Shown piece by piece: positions 42,074-55,374 of a DNA stretch of 64,000 nucleotides (the first letter of the stretch is position 1; the number at the start of each line of letters is the position of its first letter). The notes beneath the pieces were generated by a model, which was not told the origin of the DNA, searched no databases, and saw nothing but the letters and a program-made list of their open reading frames with translations. Location: assembly GCA_964016885.1 (NCBI GenBank), contig OZ024743.1:212598001-212662000 (forward strand), written 5' to 3'. The stretch is from Eledone cirrhosa. Its lineage: Eukaryota. The position numbers and the translations under genes were made by a program.

Positions 42074-42298
42074 CTTTAATAATAATGATTTCTATTATAG
42101 GCACAAGGCCAGTAATTTGTGGGGAGGGGACAGTCAATTAAATTGACCCCAATACGTTACTGGTACTTTATTTTATCAACCCCGTAAGGATGAAAGGCAA
42201 AGATAACCTCGACGGAATTTGAACTCAGACCACAAAGGGCCATAACTCTATGCTGCAAAGCATGGCGTCCGACCCTCTACCGTTACTGCCAATCCACC
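41675..42298 (-). mobile_element. Three tandem SINE family 1 copies (first internally deleted)
   Basis: Repeated ggcacaaggcc...atcgacccc...gtccgacgctcta blocks separated by (aat)/(cat) repeats. Confidence 0.88.
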
Positions 42299-42602
42299 AA
42301 TAATAAAATTACAATAGATACGTCCCACCCTATAGTTGATTAATTAATCCCAACATAAATGTCTCTTATCAATAATATTGATCGTTTCTATATTAGGCGT
42401 CCATCACCACCATTCTCATCACTCTTATATCACCCACACCATTCTCAAGTCACGAGATCCAATCAGTCAACTATAAATACCTACATGAGTGTCGTCACAC
42501 GATGTTATAGTAACAGGACAGAGACTTGAGGTGAGTGGTAAAACTCTAAAAATATTTCTAAATCAAGTTGGTGGTGGTGGGGCAGGGTGAGGTGCTTGCT
42601 GT

Positions 42603-42705
42603 TGACTTTGCCTTTCATCCTTACGGGGTCGATAAAATAAAGTACCAGTAATGCACTGGGTAATTTGCTGGCCTTGTGCCTAAAGTAGAAACAATTATTA
42701 ATATT
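42603..42705 (+). mobile_element. SINE family 1, 3' half
   Basis: actttgcctttcatccttacggggtcgataaaataaagtaccag. Confidence 0.85.
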
Positions 42706-43334
42706 ATTATTATTACCACCACAAAACAGAAAAAAATTATGTGAACAAATAACCGCAATGTTAAATTAAAACGACAGCAACAACTAAAACGACAACAACA
42801 ACAACTCCGACGACAGCAACTACTACTACCGAGGTTCCACTGTATATACATTTGACAAAAGTTTTATTTTTTGACCACATTATTTTTTATCCCAGATTTA
42901 ATTACGTTTACTTGAGTATATATCTTCCAAAGAGAGCAACTATCTACGTGTTTCTTCTTAGCTTCTTCAGTGAACTTTAAGCTGATACAGAATTTGATAA
43001 TAACCCTTGACATCTTATTTCTGGTGCTATAAATGGTCATTTCGTTCAACATGTATGCACGTGTGTGATTGTGTGTGAGAAAGATCTTAAGGATCTACAT
43101 ATAGACATAGAATGTATTGTTTTCAGTTGCATACTTTCGTTCAGTAAGTCTTTCATTAGTAGATAATATAATTATATATTATTTATCAAGGCTTCCGGTA
43201 CCAAGGAGGTTTAGGGACTGAAGCCCCTTCAATAATTTGTTTCAATATGGTTTGGTTTCTAAATATGTTAGTATGATCTTGTTTTTAATTTCTTTCTTAG
43301 TCTCGTATTGATGATAAAAAAGTGTGAGCTAATA

Positions 43335-43580
43335 ATGATTTCTACTATAGGCACAAGGCCAGTAATTTTATTTTGGTGTGTGTTTGTGTGTGTGTGTGTG
43401 TATGTGAGTCGATTAAATCGACCCCAGTGCAATACTGGTGTTATATTTTATCAACCCCGTAAGGATGAAAGACAAAGCTAACCTCGGCGGGACTTGAACT
43501 CAGAATGTAAAGGGACATAACTCTATGCCACGAAGCAGGGTGTCCGACGCTCTACTGATTCTACCATTCCACCGCCCTTA
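43335..43580 (-). mobile_element. SINE family 1
   Basis: Same diagnostic blocks. Confidence 0.85.
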
Positions 43581-44313
43581 ATGTGATCTAATAATAATAA
43601 TATACATATACAGTTTATATACTTAATCTCTCTCCTATAATCCCCAAACTGTAACGGAAGCTCTGCTTAAATATTATATATTATAGATTGTATATAGTTG
43701 ACTGATGGCTTAGATGTTTGCATTACAATCATAAGGTTCCTGGTTCAGTCTCACTACATAGTATCTTGGGCAAGTGTAATTTACTATAGCCTCAAATCGA
43801 CCCCAACTTAGTGAGTGAAAGTGGACAGATGAAAAACTGTAAGCTCATCGGAGGGATTGTACATGTTATACATTCTTGCTGATTAATTTCATGAGCAGGC
43901 TGTTCCATTGGTCAAACAACTAGAACATTCATAGCCAAAACCAATGGCGGTCCATTCCATATTATAGGTAGTGTGTACCCCAATGTATTTTATTTATAGA
44001 TTGGTAATCATTGCCAACTATTCAAAACATATGTGGGTCAGTTGAATAGTTCTTAGGCTGACCAAGATACTCTCATGGAATGACCAAATGAGGTTTATTT
44101 TTCAATATAGTCTCTGGAAAGAAACAATGAAGTTATTAATAAGAAGAGTTGAAAATAATGCATGCAAGATTTCAGAGCACTAGCATTAATCCTTCATAAT
44201 CATGTTTGTGCTCAATATGTATATATATATATATATATATTAATCCATAAAAAACATCCTCACACAAGCCAAAATCCAACAAACCCTCACAATGAACCCT
44301 ACAGTAACAAAAT

Positions 44314-44988
44314 GCAAGTGTGGATTCTGTTCACGACACATCTAACCTTATGGATAGAGAGAAAGCTAATATACACGCTGCCCAGAGTAGGGGGAAATCA
44401 CATGTTATTTGCATCAAATAACGGCTCTCATGGATTGGCGAAAATGCTAGAGAGAGCAGCCCAGCCATTCGAATTTATTAACTCAACAATTTGGAGCTCG
44501 TTAAGTTTACAAGGATCGCAATTAAGAGTATTCCGCCATTTAATATTAGCTCAAAGAAGAATAGAGAATTTTCTTCTGAGCTCAAATACAAATATATTAC
44601 ACAAAGAGAAGTGTGTTACACAGTGAGATGTGTGTAAAGAATTATTACAAGTGAGTTTAACCGTTACTGTATGGAGAACAATATCTACAGGTTAGCAATT
44701 AAATAGAAAAAAACTAAGTCAGAATCAAATCTCTGAAGTAGAGTTTTAAATTACCAACCTTATAACTATAAGCTTGCTGATACGAATTTAGTTCGTTTCG
44801 TCACAGAAATGTGCAGTTTAACAGCCCACAGGTTCCTCAGTCAGCAAGTGTAGATTCTGTTCACGACACATCTAACCTCATGGATAGAGAGAATTTAAAA
44901 CTCTACTTCAGAGATTTGATTCTGACTTAGTTTTTTTCTATTTAATTGCTAACCTGTAGATATTGTTCTCCATACAGTAACGGTTAAA
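44314..44988 (-). mobile_element. About 530-bp terminally redundant unit with a hammerhead and a 5' inverted fragment (PLE pseudo-LTR or retrozyme-like)
   Basis: 44314-44362 repeats at 44844-44892; 44657-44752 is inverted at 44891-44988. Confidence 0.65.
44773..44848 (-). ncRNA. Type I hammerhead motif with full stems I and III
   Basis: cuugcuga CUGAGGA [34 nt] GAAA cgaa-cuaaa-uucg UA ucagcaag; the base of stem II pairs poorly. Confidence 0.7.
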
Positions 44989-45585
44989 CCAGGTAAAGAC
45001 GCTGCTTGAATCTATTGGCGGTTAACCCTATGTAGGCCCTACGGGACGTGGGTGTTTCAACCTTACATTTGTAGACAATGTTACTTTATTCTTAACTCTG
45101 AAGTCGAGAATAGAATTTTAGTCTACGACTTCAGTTATACCATATACGTGGTTTTGTCTTTGCGTGTAATTGTTCTCATTGCTCCACATATGAAGTATTA
45201 TCGTTTCTTCCCTTCATTGCCAGAGAACGTCTCCATGAATCACCTAATAGAATATTAGTCTACGACTTCATTTATACCATAAACGTGATTTTGTCTTCGT
45301 GCCTAATTGTTTTCCCTGCACCAAATAATGACGTATTATCTTCGTTTTTTTTTCGTTCTTTGCCAGGGAACGTTTCCACGAACCAAAGTATCGTCTTCCT
45401 GTCTTCCTTCGGTTGCAACGTTCACAGTTTGACTTTTTTAGTTTCAGAAGATCCCGTTAAGGGTGAAAGCAGCGATTCTTTGCTTAAACTTTAATCTGTT
45501 ATTTTAATATATATATATATATATATATATAAATTAATAAAATAATGAATAAACAAAGAAACAGTTCCTTATATTAAAAGAAATT

Positions 45586-45725
45586 CATCATTTTACGATC
45601 GTTTCTAGGATATATATGTGTTAGAGTTGGTATGCATATTCTATAGATCTATGTACAATATTTATACAAACTATCAGAAGGAATATACATACCTACACAT
45701 ATATATGCTGTCTTCAGAAATAATG
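45586..45725 (-). ncRNA. Hammerhead family B (long stem II)
   Basis: cauuauuu CUGAAGA ... GAAA CGAUCG UA aaaugaug; 8-bp stem I. Confidence 0.8.
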
Positions 45726-46414
45726 ATATTTGTTTATTGAAAAAAACAAAGATTCAATACAATAGGTCTGTTTGGGAACAGGTTTTGAATTGACCAATAG
45801 AGAGATAGTGAGGGTCAGGATAGTAATATAGTAGTGGAAGAACCTTAAATTATGGGTAGAGGAAGGTAGATTTCAGTTTTGGATGGAAAAGAATATTATG
45901 AATGAAGGATTATTTTAGGGAAGAAATAGGTCTTATGCTGACCTCAGAAATAATTTTATTTGTTCATTGAATAAAACCAACAAAGATCTAATATATTCTG
46001 TCTGTTTGGTAAGAGGTTTAGAATTAACCAATAGAAAGTTAATAATTGGCCAAATGGTAAAATAGTAGTAATTGAAGCTTATTTTAAGGGTGAAAATAGT
46101 CAGGTGGTCAGTAAAAGGTATACAAGCAGTTGCTGTTATAAAATAGTAATGCCAATACAAATATCTAAGGTGACTAAAGTTTTAAGATAAGAATGTTAGT
46201 GAAAAAAATACATCTATGAAAAGAATATAAATTAATTTAATTGATGGGTATATTTATATTGATAAAATTATACTAATACATATAGATATGATAAATAAGA
46301 GTTAGATGCAGTTGAAAAGTGCTGTTAAAGATGAGGGGAAATTAAAAGAATATAAAAATAATATATATATATATATATACTTATACATATATATATATAC
46401 ATATATATACACAT

Positions 46415-46496
<82 letters not shown>

Positions 46497-46544
46497 GTAT
46501 ACACATACACACACACATACACACACATATATATATATATACAT

Positions 46545-46609
<65 letters not shown>

Positions 46610-47295
46610 TATATACATGCATATATACATACATACACATATATATACACACACATATACACTTATATATACATATAATGATTGGGGGGGGGGGGGATTA
46701 AATTTATTAGTGAGAAATAGTAAATATATATAGTTTTCAAGGAACATAGAGTCATAACCTGAAGTTAAAGCATTATATATGTTTACTTAATGGTATCAGT
46801 TTTAGGAAATGATATTTGTAAGAAGGAAAGCAAAATTTTGTAGTTCATCAGTAGTAGAATATTAATTATAGGTTAACTAAATTAAAAATATTTTATATAT
46901 TAATTTCTAAAGTGTATATTAATTAGGTTTATAATTTTTAAAGCAGAAATTAATAAATTTATTAACTTTCTATTGGTTAATTCTAAACCTCTTACCAAAC
47001 AGACAGAATATATTAGATCTTTGTTGGTTTTATTCAATGAACAAATAAAATTATTTCTGAGGTCATCATAAGACCTATTTCTTCCCTAAAATAATCCTTC
47101 ATTCATAATATTCTTTTCCATCCAAAACTGAAATCTACCTTCCTCTACCCATAATTTAAGTTCTTCTACTACTATATTACTATCCTGACCCTCACTATCT
47201 CTCTATTGGTCAATTCAAAACCTGTTCCCAAACAGACCTATTGTATTGAATCTTTGTTTTTTTCAATAAACAAATATCATTATTTCTGAAGACAG

Positions 47296-47403
47296 TTCAA
47301 ATCCCGCCGAGGTTAACTTTGCCTTTCATCCTTATGGGGTCGATAAAATAAAGTACCAGTAATGTACTGGGTAATTGCTGGCCTTGTGCCAAAAGTAGAA
47401 ACA
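47296..47403 (+). mobile_element. 5'-truncated SINE family 1 with 17-bp TSD
   Basis: TSD attatttctgaagacag at 47279-47295 and 47404-47420. Confidence 0.93.
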
Positions 47404-47542
47404 ATTATTTCTGAAGACAGCATATATATGTGTAGGTATGTATATTCCCTCTGATAGTTTGTATAAATATTGTACATAGATCTATAGAATATGCATACCA
47501 ACTCTAACACATATATATCCTAGAAACGATCGTAAAATGATG
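47404..47542 (+). ncRNA. Hammerhead family B (long stem II)
   Basis: CTGAAGA 47411-47417, GAAA 47523-47526, CGATCG TA aaatgatg. Confidence 0.78.
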
Positions 47543-47728
47543 AATTTTTTTTAATATAAGGAACTGTTTCTTTGTTTATTCATTATTTTATTAATTTATC
47601 TTGACTCTGTTTTCCGTTTATTTTTCACCGAAAGTAGTTTTTGAATGCATCTTCTCTTTTCATGATATCCGGATTACATTGAGTTCTTCATACGGATTGG
47701 ACACTACCGTAAACTTTTGGTAGATTTA

Positions 47729-47778
<50 letters not shown>

Positions 47779-48369
47779 CAATCACAATAACACTGATCAC
47801 ATTGTTTAGTAGTAGCCAATGTCATGAAGTGAAGGAAGATCCATATTGAAGTCCTCAATTTGCCTCTCTTACATTTATAGGACTATTTAAACACACTGAG
47901 ATAGTTCTGATCTGAATTTCAGAAAAATAGAATGAAAAATAATTATAACAATCAGAGAAATGGAATGCAAGAAGCTACAACTGCCTCCACCATTACTATT
48001 ACTACTCCTACCATTACCACAGTCAACAATAGAAAGCTGGTAACAACAACATCATTATCAGCTAATAACCCTAACAATAACATTTCATTAACAATAGACA
48101 ATACTTTTCTTCCTTATTTTTCCTTTACTTTGAATATATTTTCCTCTGTAAGAACCCCTGTTCTTTAATTCTGCAAGAACACACGAGACACAGGAATCTC
48201 TCTTTGGAATCATTTCACTATACATAAATTAGATATGTAAATGTGTATTTTTCATACAATGTTATGATGTCTTTATGGTGTCAATTCCTTTTATGGTATG
48301 TTGATTCAGAAATATGGAAGACCATTAAGTCATCAATTTTAAAATCAGAATTTACAAATAATAATAATA

Positions 48370-48760
48370 ATCGTTTCTACTTTTGGCACAAGGCTAGCAA
48401 TTACCCAGTACATTACTGGTACTTTATTTTATCGACCCTGTAAGGATGAAAGGCAAAGTTAACCTCGGCGGGATTTGAACTCAGTCCGTAATGGGACGTA
48501 ACTCTGCTGCAATGCATGGCGTCCGACCCTCTACCGATACTGCCAATCAACCACCCTGGTAATAATAATAATTGTTTCTACTTTTTGGCACAAGGCCATC
48601 AATTACCCAGTGCATTACTGGTACTTTATTTTATCGACCCCGTAAGGATGAAAGGCAAAGTTAACCTCGGCGGGATTTGAACTCAGAATGGCAAGGTCCG
48701 TAAATCTATGCGTCAAAGCATGGCGTCTGACCCTCTACCGACACTGCCAATCCACCACCT
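48370..48760 (-). mobile_element. Two tandem SINE family 1 copies
   Basis: About 48370-48556 and 48572-48760. Confidence 0.9.
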
Positions 48761-48763
48761 ATA

Positions 48764-48806
<43 letters not shown>

Positions 48807-49101
48807 TTTTCTTTATTAACCACAAGGGTTTACATAAAGTAGACATTAAGGACAGTACAGGACAATACAGGACGGTACAGATGGGCATTTCTGCGTGTAA
48901 AAAAACAGAGGATGTAATAAAAAATTCCCCAATAGGGGGGAGACTTCCGAGGGACATTTGTGGAGAAAGTCCATTAAAAGACCACAGTGACCCTGACCAC
49001 CAGGGCAAGTGCCCTCTCCCAGTTTTCCACCTTTAATTTACAGACTCATACTCAGAGTAGGCCCATTCACTCAGGCCATACTTGCTTCTCTCACCCATCT
49101 T

Positions 49102-52080
49102 TCAACAAAATGCTGGGAAGAGAGCACTTCCCTCTCTACCCTGATTTTCCTTTTTCTTTTTCAAATGAAATTTGAAAAAGTTAATCAGGGCATCACCGAA
49201 GAGGTAAGTGCTCGTCTTCAGCCTTTTCAAACGTGTCCACCATACTATCTCTTTCGCCATGGCCACCAGACAGATAAAAACTGCCTGCCCTTCCCGGCTA
49301 AAGGAAGAGGGCGGGGCAATCCTCACGATCGACTCAGCTGATATCTGGATCCGTCCTACACGTGACAGCAGGTGTTCGACATAAACCCACAAGTCAGCAA
49401 TGCTAGGACACTGGACGAGTGCGTGCAGGACGGTTTCGTCGCCCTGCACGCATCTCGGATATGCCCGGCTGACGGCACCTCCATGCCTGTAGAATTTATC
49501 CCGAACTGACAAAGCTCCTCGGTAGCACTGCCAGGCCAGGGATTTCTGGAAGTTGTCCATAGGCCCCGGCCCGAAAGTCCTTCCGAAGAGATTGGCTAGT
49601 TGATTTTCGTCGACGCCTAGAGTTTCTCCAAGTACGTCGTCGCTCTTCCCTTCCACTAATCCTCTATAGAACGCCAAGGTGGAGTTTCCACCGATCACAT
49701 TACCCGATTGGTCGAGGGCTGTGAGCGCCTGAAGACATTCCAGTCTCCAAGCGCTCCCTCTCGGTCTTCGCTTGACCCAGGACTGCAGCTCCGTCAAGGA
49801 GACGAGCTGGGGAAAGATGTGTCTAGCAAACGGCGACCACACCTGATCACCGTCGAGGAAGAGGTGGAAATGTCGTAGCCTGAGCGCGTGTCTGCGCATC
49901 ATCAGCCACAGCATGCCCAGCCCTCCACGTAGCGGGTGTTGACAGCAGAGCGCGTCCCTTCCACAAAAAGCGAAAGAGCAAACGCTCCAGCGCAGTCAGG
50001 CGGGGCTTAGGACAAGGTACGACGGTCAGGCGGTAGTAGATGACGGACGCGATGTACGCGTTAGCCACCTCCGCTCGACCTTTCAGGGATAGCTTCCTCT
50101 CCGCCCATTTCTGGGTGAGAGAAGCCACCCTGCTCGTCACCTCGTCCCAGTTTTTGTCCGTCTGGAGGTCCGGACAGAACCATGCCCCTAGCAATTTAAC
50201 GGGTCCGTCCGTCCAGTGCCCGATGACGCTGTTGGACGGCATGGACCTGCCTCTCCAGGTGCCGAGCAGCAGGCCCACTGACTTTTCCTGGTTGATCATT
50301 GCTCCTGTCACCGCTTCGTATTCTCATAGTGTAGTGCCGATCGCCTCGATGTGTTTGGCGTTCGACACCACTACGGTGACATCGTCCGCATATGCTGACA
50401 CGGATCTTCCGCATCCTAGTTGGCGCGGGACCCCCCTCAACGTCTCCAGTTTGTGCAGTAATGGCTCGAGAGTCAATACGTACAAGAGGGACGAGAGGGG
50501 ACATCCTTGGCAGACCGAGCGCATGATGTTGAACGGTTCCGAAAGGTGATCGTTCACTCTCACCACAGAGCAGATGTCGCTGTGCATGGCAGCGATCCAG
50601 CCTCTGAAGACGGGCCCAAAGCCAGGCGCCCTCAGGACTGCCGCTAGGTAACGATGGTCGACCCTATCGAATGCTTTCGACTGATCTAAATTGATCAAGG
50701 ACCCACCCGTGCCAGGTTCCCTAGCTACCCTCTCCGATGTATCGCATGAGGTGGAGGTTGTCGTGGATGGATCTGTCGGGAATGGCGCATGTCTGTGCCT
50801 CTCCCACCAGACCACCAACGACAAGCCCCAACCTCTTTGCTAGCACCTTGGCCAAAATCTTGAACTCTGTGTTTAGCAGAGTTATGTGCCTGAAATTATG
50901 TATGTTATCCCCCTTGTTCGGATCCTTTCTCAGCAGCGCCACAGCTCCTCGGCTCACAGAGCTGGGAATTCTCCCGTTCTGTTACCAGTTGCAGTAGACG
51001 TCCGCCAAGAGGCCTCCGAACAAGTCTAGCATCTGTACGTAAAGTTCATAGGGCAGACCATCCAAACCAGGCGATTTACCCCTTATGCAGTCAGTCATTG
51101 CCTCCCGTACTTCAGCGGCTGTTATCGGCTTTTCGCAACACTCCGCCTCAGTGGCCGAGAGCCACGGCATTCCGTCGAGGTAGACACTAAAGTCCATCCC
51201 TCGATCCGGCCCGCCGCTGCCCCCGAACAGCTGTGCGAAGTGTCGCTGAAAAGCTTCACAGATTTGCCCGGGATCGAGTAGCATGCGCCCGTCGTGGTCC
51301 ACCAAAGACCGGATCGTGGCTTTGTTGCCACGACACGCCTCCGCCACTCGTGCCCATTGAACGGCTTTAGTCCCCTCGTGTCTGAGAGCACGCACCCTAG
51401 CTCTGACAACGCAGCCTTCGTGCTTTGCATTGAAGAATTGGTCAAGGGCCAATTTCGCCGCAAGTACGTCGGTCGCGATGCTTTTGCAAAGCGCCTCGTC
51501 TAATTTTCTAACTAATTCTCCCTCTGCTCTATTTTTCTCTATTGCTAAAGCCTTACTAAATCTAATGGACTCTATTCTAATTGCTCTTTTCAGAGCAAAC
51601 CACCACTTGTTGTTGACAATGGCCACCGTCAACGCTCGCTTAACTAGTTCGCTAATCCGGTCTCTGTAGGCCTTGCGCGCTGGTAAGGACGCGTTTAGCT
51701 TCCAGTAGCCGGGTCCTCGTCTATGAAGCCTATCTAAGTCAAGCACACAGATCACGAATTTGTCGTCCGTGTAACTGACTATCTTGAATTGTGGACAGCC
51801 TATGCTTACCTTCTGGGTCCAGGAAGATGGCCCGTATGGCAAGATCCAAACCTCTCCGAAAAAGCACAGCAACTCCTCCCCCTGATCCCGGACGGCTGGG
51901 AGATGCGTACACATCGTAGCCGCCGAGGATCGGTGCGAAGGCCCGTGCTTCGGAGATTCTGGTCTCGCTGATGGCCACTACATCTAGGTTTAGTGACCTG
52001 AGGTCGTTGAGAAGGTGGCCCTGCTTCCATGACGACCCTAAGCCACGCGCATTTATCATGCCTATTCTGAGTGAGGTCAT
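49102..52080 (-). pseudogene. LINE ORF2 (APE endonuclease plus RT), several frameshifts and an internal APE deletion
   Basis: INARGL, SETR, GGGVA, WKLN, KSPGLDG, FRHITLLN, LDQSKAFDRVDH, QGCPLS, YADD, ETVLHALVQCP spread over successive frames. Confidence 0.93.
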
Positions 52081-52114
52081 GTTGAAATGGAGTGGAAAAG
52101 ATGGGAAAGACCAC

Positions 52115-54063
52115 TTACCTTACTTCTCGTAGAGGAAGGACGGTTTCTCCATCCTTTTCACTGCTTGTGGCCTCCTCAGGAAGGATGTCCTTATAAATCC
52201 TCCTGGAGAGTGCTTGTCGGAAGTCTCCGATGTCTTTGGGGAATTTTTGTTTTAGTGTCATGTACGTTTTCTGTGTGATGCGAGTGATTTGTATGTGTGG
52301 AGGTGGTGTGAACTTTTGGGTTGTTGTGTAGTCTTTTTCTGTGATGCTGGTGTTGTGTTGGATGTAGTGTAATAATTGGTTGTTGTTCGAATTTAATGCT
52401 GTGTAGTGTGTATCTTTTTGGTTGTTTTGTTTTGTTTGCGTTTGTTGTGGGTTTGTTTCTGTTTCGCATTTTGGTGACTTTTGTGGTGTAGGTGATGGTG
52501 GTGTTGGGGTTAATGATGGTGATGATGTTGGTGTTTGTGGTGATGGGGTTGGTGATGCTGGTGTGTATGGTGGCATGTCTGTCCTAACTTTTTTGTTTGA
52601 TAGTTTATTTGTTTCCCTCTGTATTTTGTTTTGGGAGGGAGAAGGAAGAGAATTTTTTCTTTTTTGGTTTCTTTTTTTCTTTTTTCCTGATACCGTTTCC
52701 CACTCCTCGTCGTCACAACTGTCTCCAGTTGTGATAGGCCGGGGAGTGGAAAATCCTCCACAGGCGTTAGTTTTTGTTGGCGTGGTGGATGGTGTAGGCG
52801 CTGGTGCTAGTTCTGGCGCGTTGGGTGGTGGTGGTGTTGGTTTTGCTACCGTTGCTGGGGTTGTTGCTGTTACAGTTGCTTCTGTTGTTGCTGCTACAGT
52901 TGTTGCTGCCATCTCTGCTGCTGGTGGTGTTGATGGTTGAGTCACTGGGGTGGGTAGGAGAGGTGGCCTTAACTTTTTAGCCTGAGGGCAGAAAGCCCTT
53001 AGGTGGGTTCCTTCACCACAAACGACACACCTAGGCCTTCTGCCCTCGACAATTACGGTGAGGTGGCTGCCGTCAGTGAGGTCTATTACCTCTGGGATCT
53101 CCTCAATGCTTTTTTGGTCCGCTTGGATCAGGAGCTCCATCCCAGATCTGGACCAGTTCTCCTGCTTTTCATTCGCTATTTCGATTATCTTGGTGTTGGC
53201 TTCGATGCCGCCGAGGACGGCAGCTATTAGCCAGGGAATTTCGATGGCTGGTGGAACGCGGGTGACCCTGATCTTTACGAGTCTCTGGCCACAATAGCTT
53301 GGGACGAGTGTGAAGTCGTCACTTCTTAATGGGGCCATGGAGTGTTCTCTAGCCTCCTGTGGTGTTTCAAAGAACACGTCCACGGTTCCATACTTCTGCC
53401 CACGTCTGATGTGGGTTTTCTTTGCCCACACATGTCCCAAAGCTTTTTTGATTTGGGACTCGGATGCCCGTTCCACTCGGCGCGATTTTATATTAATTGT
53501 TCGATAAGACACGGTGCATAGGCGCCGATGCTCCATTTTATTAGGTGGGGGTGGGGGTGGGGGGTGAGGCTGACCCTGTATCCATCTTTCTTTACCATTT
53601 TTTTGGCTTCTTCTAATTCCTCCTGAGTTACCTGAAATGCTTCGCACTGTTTTGCTACTCTGGCAAAACTCAGAGTGGTTTTCTTAATGTCATTGTTGCT
53701 GTTGTTGTTATCGTTATTTTTGTTATTATTAATTTTAGTTTCAGTTGTGGTGGTGGTGGCGTCAGTGGTGTTCGGTGTGGAAGAGTGCATTTTGGTTGAA
53801 TTCATTTCGATATCACGAGTTAATTTATTTTTTTCTTTTGTTTCTGTTGTCGCGGTGGTGGTGGTGGTGGCGGTTTTAACACCTGCAGTCATTGGTAATG
53901 GCGGGAAATGAATGTCTGCCTGAGACAAATTTAAAATATTGCTACTGCTTATATTTTTTTTAGTGTTGGCAAACGTAGTAATATTTACAATGGTGGTGTC
54001 GGTGTGAGGTGTTAGTTTGTGAGGAAGGCTCTCAGTTGCTTGGTGCAGAGGTGAGTCAGCCAT
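52115..54063 (-). pseudogene. LINE ORF1 (gag-like), one frameshift near 53600
   Basis: SFARVAK motif; CVVCGEGTHLRAFC (CX2CX4HX4C); WETVSGKKKKR; Pro/Thr-rich region. Confidence 0.88.
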
Positions 54064-54273
54064 GAATTTTTCAAAGAAATTTTTTGATAATCATAAAAGT
54101 TTAAATTTTGGGCACAAGGCCCCAATCTTTTTGGGTGTCCTTTTCAGATAACAATGTATGTGCACTTATATACAGTTAACAATAAAAAATTTCCATAAAT
54201 GGCAAATTTAAATAACTGAAAATAACAAACCTTTGCGGAGCTCACGATGATACGATTTACTACGTAGGTCGCC

Positions 54274-54300
<27 letters not shown>

Positions 54301-54307
<7 letters not shown>

Positions 54308-55315
54308 GACTACAAATTTCAGAAGTCCCATTTACAGCTGAAATGGAATACAGAAAAAGCAAAGCAGGTAAAAGAAACTGCAAACAAAGAACTGCTACAG
54401 AAACCTTGCTAAGAAATGGCAAGAAAAGCCTCTGTATGGAAAATACCCAGAGCGAGCTAACAATCCTGATGTTGACAAAACTTTAACCCATCAGTGGTTG
54501 CCATCCTCTGGACTGAAATCGGAGACTGAAGGACTGATTATATCAGCAAAAGATCAGTGTCTACCAACAAAAAATTACCAAGCCAACATAATAAAAAATG
54601 GATGCAACCCATTATGCCGTATATGCAAAAAACAACCAGTGACCATTGATCATATAATTTCAATGTGCAGTCCTATAGCTCCAACCGAATACCTAAACAG
54701 GCATAACAGAGCTGCACAATACATACATTGGATAATGTGTAAGCATTTTGACCTGCCCCATCAAAAGAACTGGTGGGAGCATCAACCACCTCCCATACTT
54801 GAAAAAGATCACATCTCAATCTTGTGGAACTTTAGCATCCAAACAGACCGAAAAATAGATGCAAATAGACCTGATATAATATTGGAGGACTTTAAAAAGA
54901 GGGTATGCCTGCTAATTGATATGTCTGTTCCAATAGACAAGAATGTATCTATAAAAACATTTGAAAAATTGAGCAAGTATAAGGACCTGGAGAGAGAAAT
55001 TGGAAAAATGTGGAAATTGAGAACTAAAACAGTGGTTGTAGGCGCTCTAGGAATGATACCTAAGGGGTCTAATGATTACTTATCGCAAATCCCAGGAAAC
55101 CCGCGTATAGGAGAAATACAAAAGATAGTACTAATGGGGACTGCCCATATACTAAGGAAGATTCTGTTAATATAATTACATCACAAGTCGAAACACCTAA
55201 AGATGCATGTGTGTATATGTATGTTCTTTCTTGAACATGGCGGACCTTGTTGTCTCTTGAGGTCACTGGTTGTGACTTGGTGATAACTCGTATGAACATA
55301 AAGCAAGATAAATGC
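54301..55315 (+). mobile_element. 5'-truncated, frameshifted copy of the R4/Dong-type LINE
   Basis: Aligns with about 59241-60260; flanked by (AAT)n on both sides. Confidence 0.95.
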
Positions 55316-55318
55316 AAC

Positions 55319-55374
<56 letters not shown>

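Larger units (their letters stand above)
45530..47730. mobile_element. Family B HHR-bearing element as an inverted pair (minus about 45530-46955, plus about 46959-47730)
   Basis: 45530-46045 is the reverse complement of 46959-47597; both outer ends abut (TA)n. Confidence 0.85.
48806..54273 (-). mobile_element. Apparently full-length, frameshifted Tx1/L1-group LINE
   Basis: ORF1 with a zinc knuckle, ORF2 with APE, RT and C-terminal Cys motif; aataaa near the 3' end; both termini in (AAT)n. Confidence 0.92.

Noticed and set aside
42935-42975. Minus-strand CUGAAGA...GAAA cacg UA
   Set aside because: Stems I and II do not form.
45440-45480. CAGAAGA-uccc-guuaa-gggu-GAAA
   Set aside because: Core mutated, no cleavage triplet and no adjacent stem I; possibly a relic but unsupported.
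50040-53507. Plus-strand ORFs overlapping the Tx1-like LINE
   Set aside because: Antisense shadows of GC-rich coding sequence.
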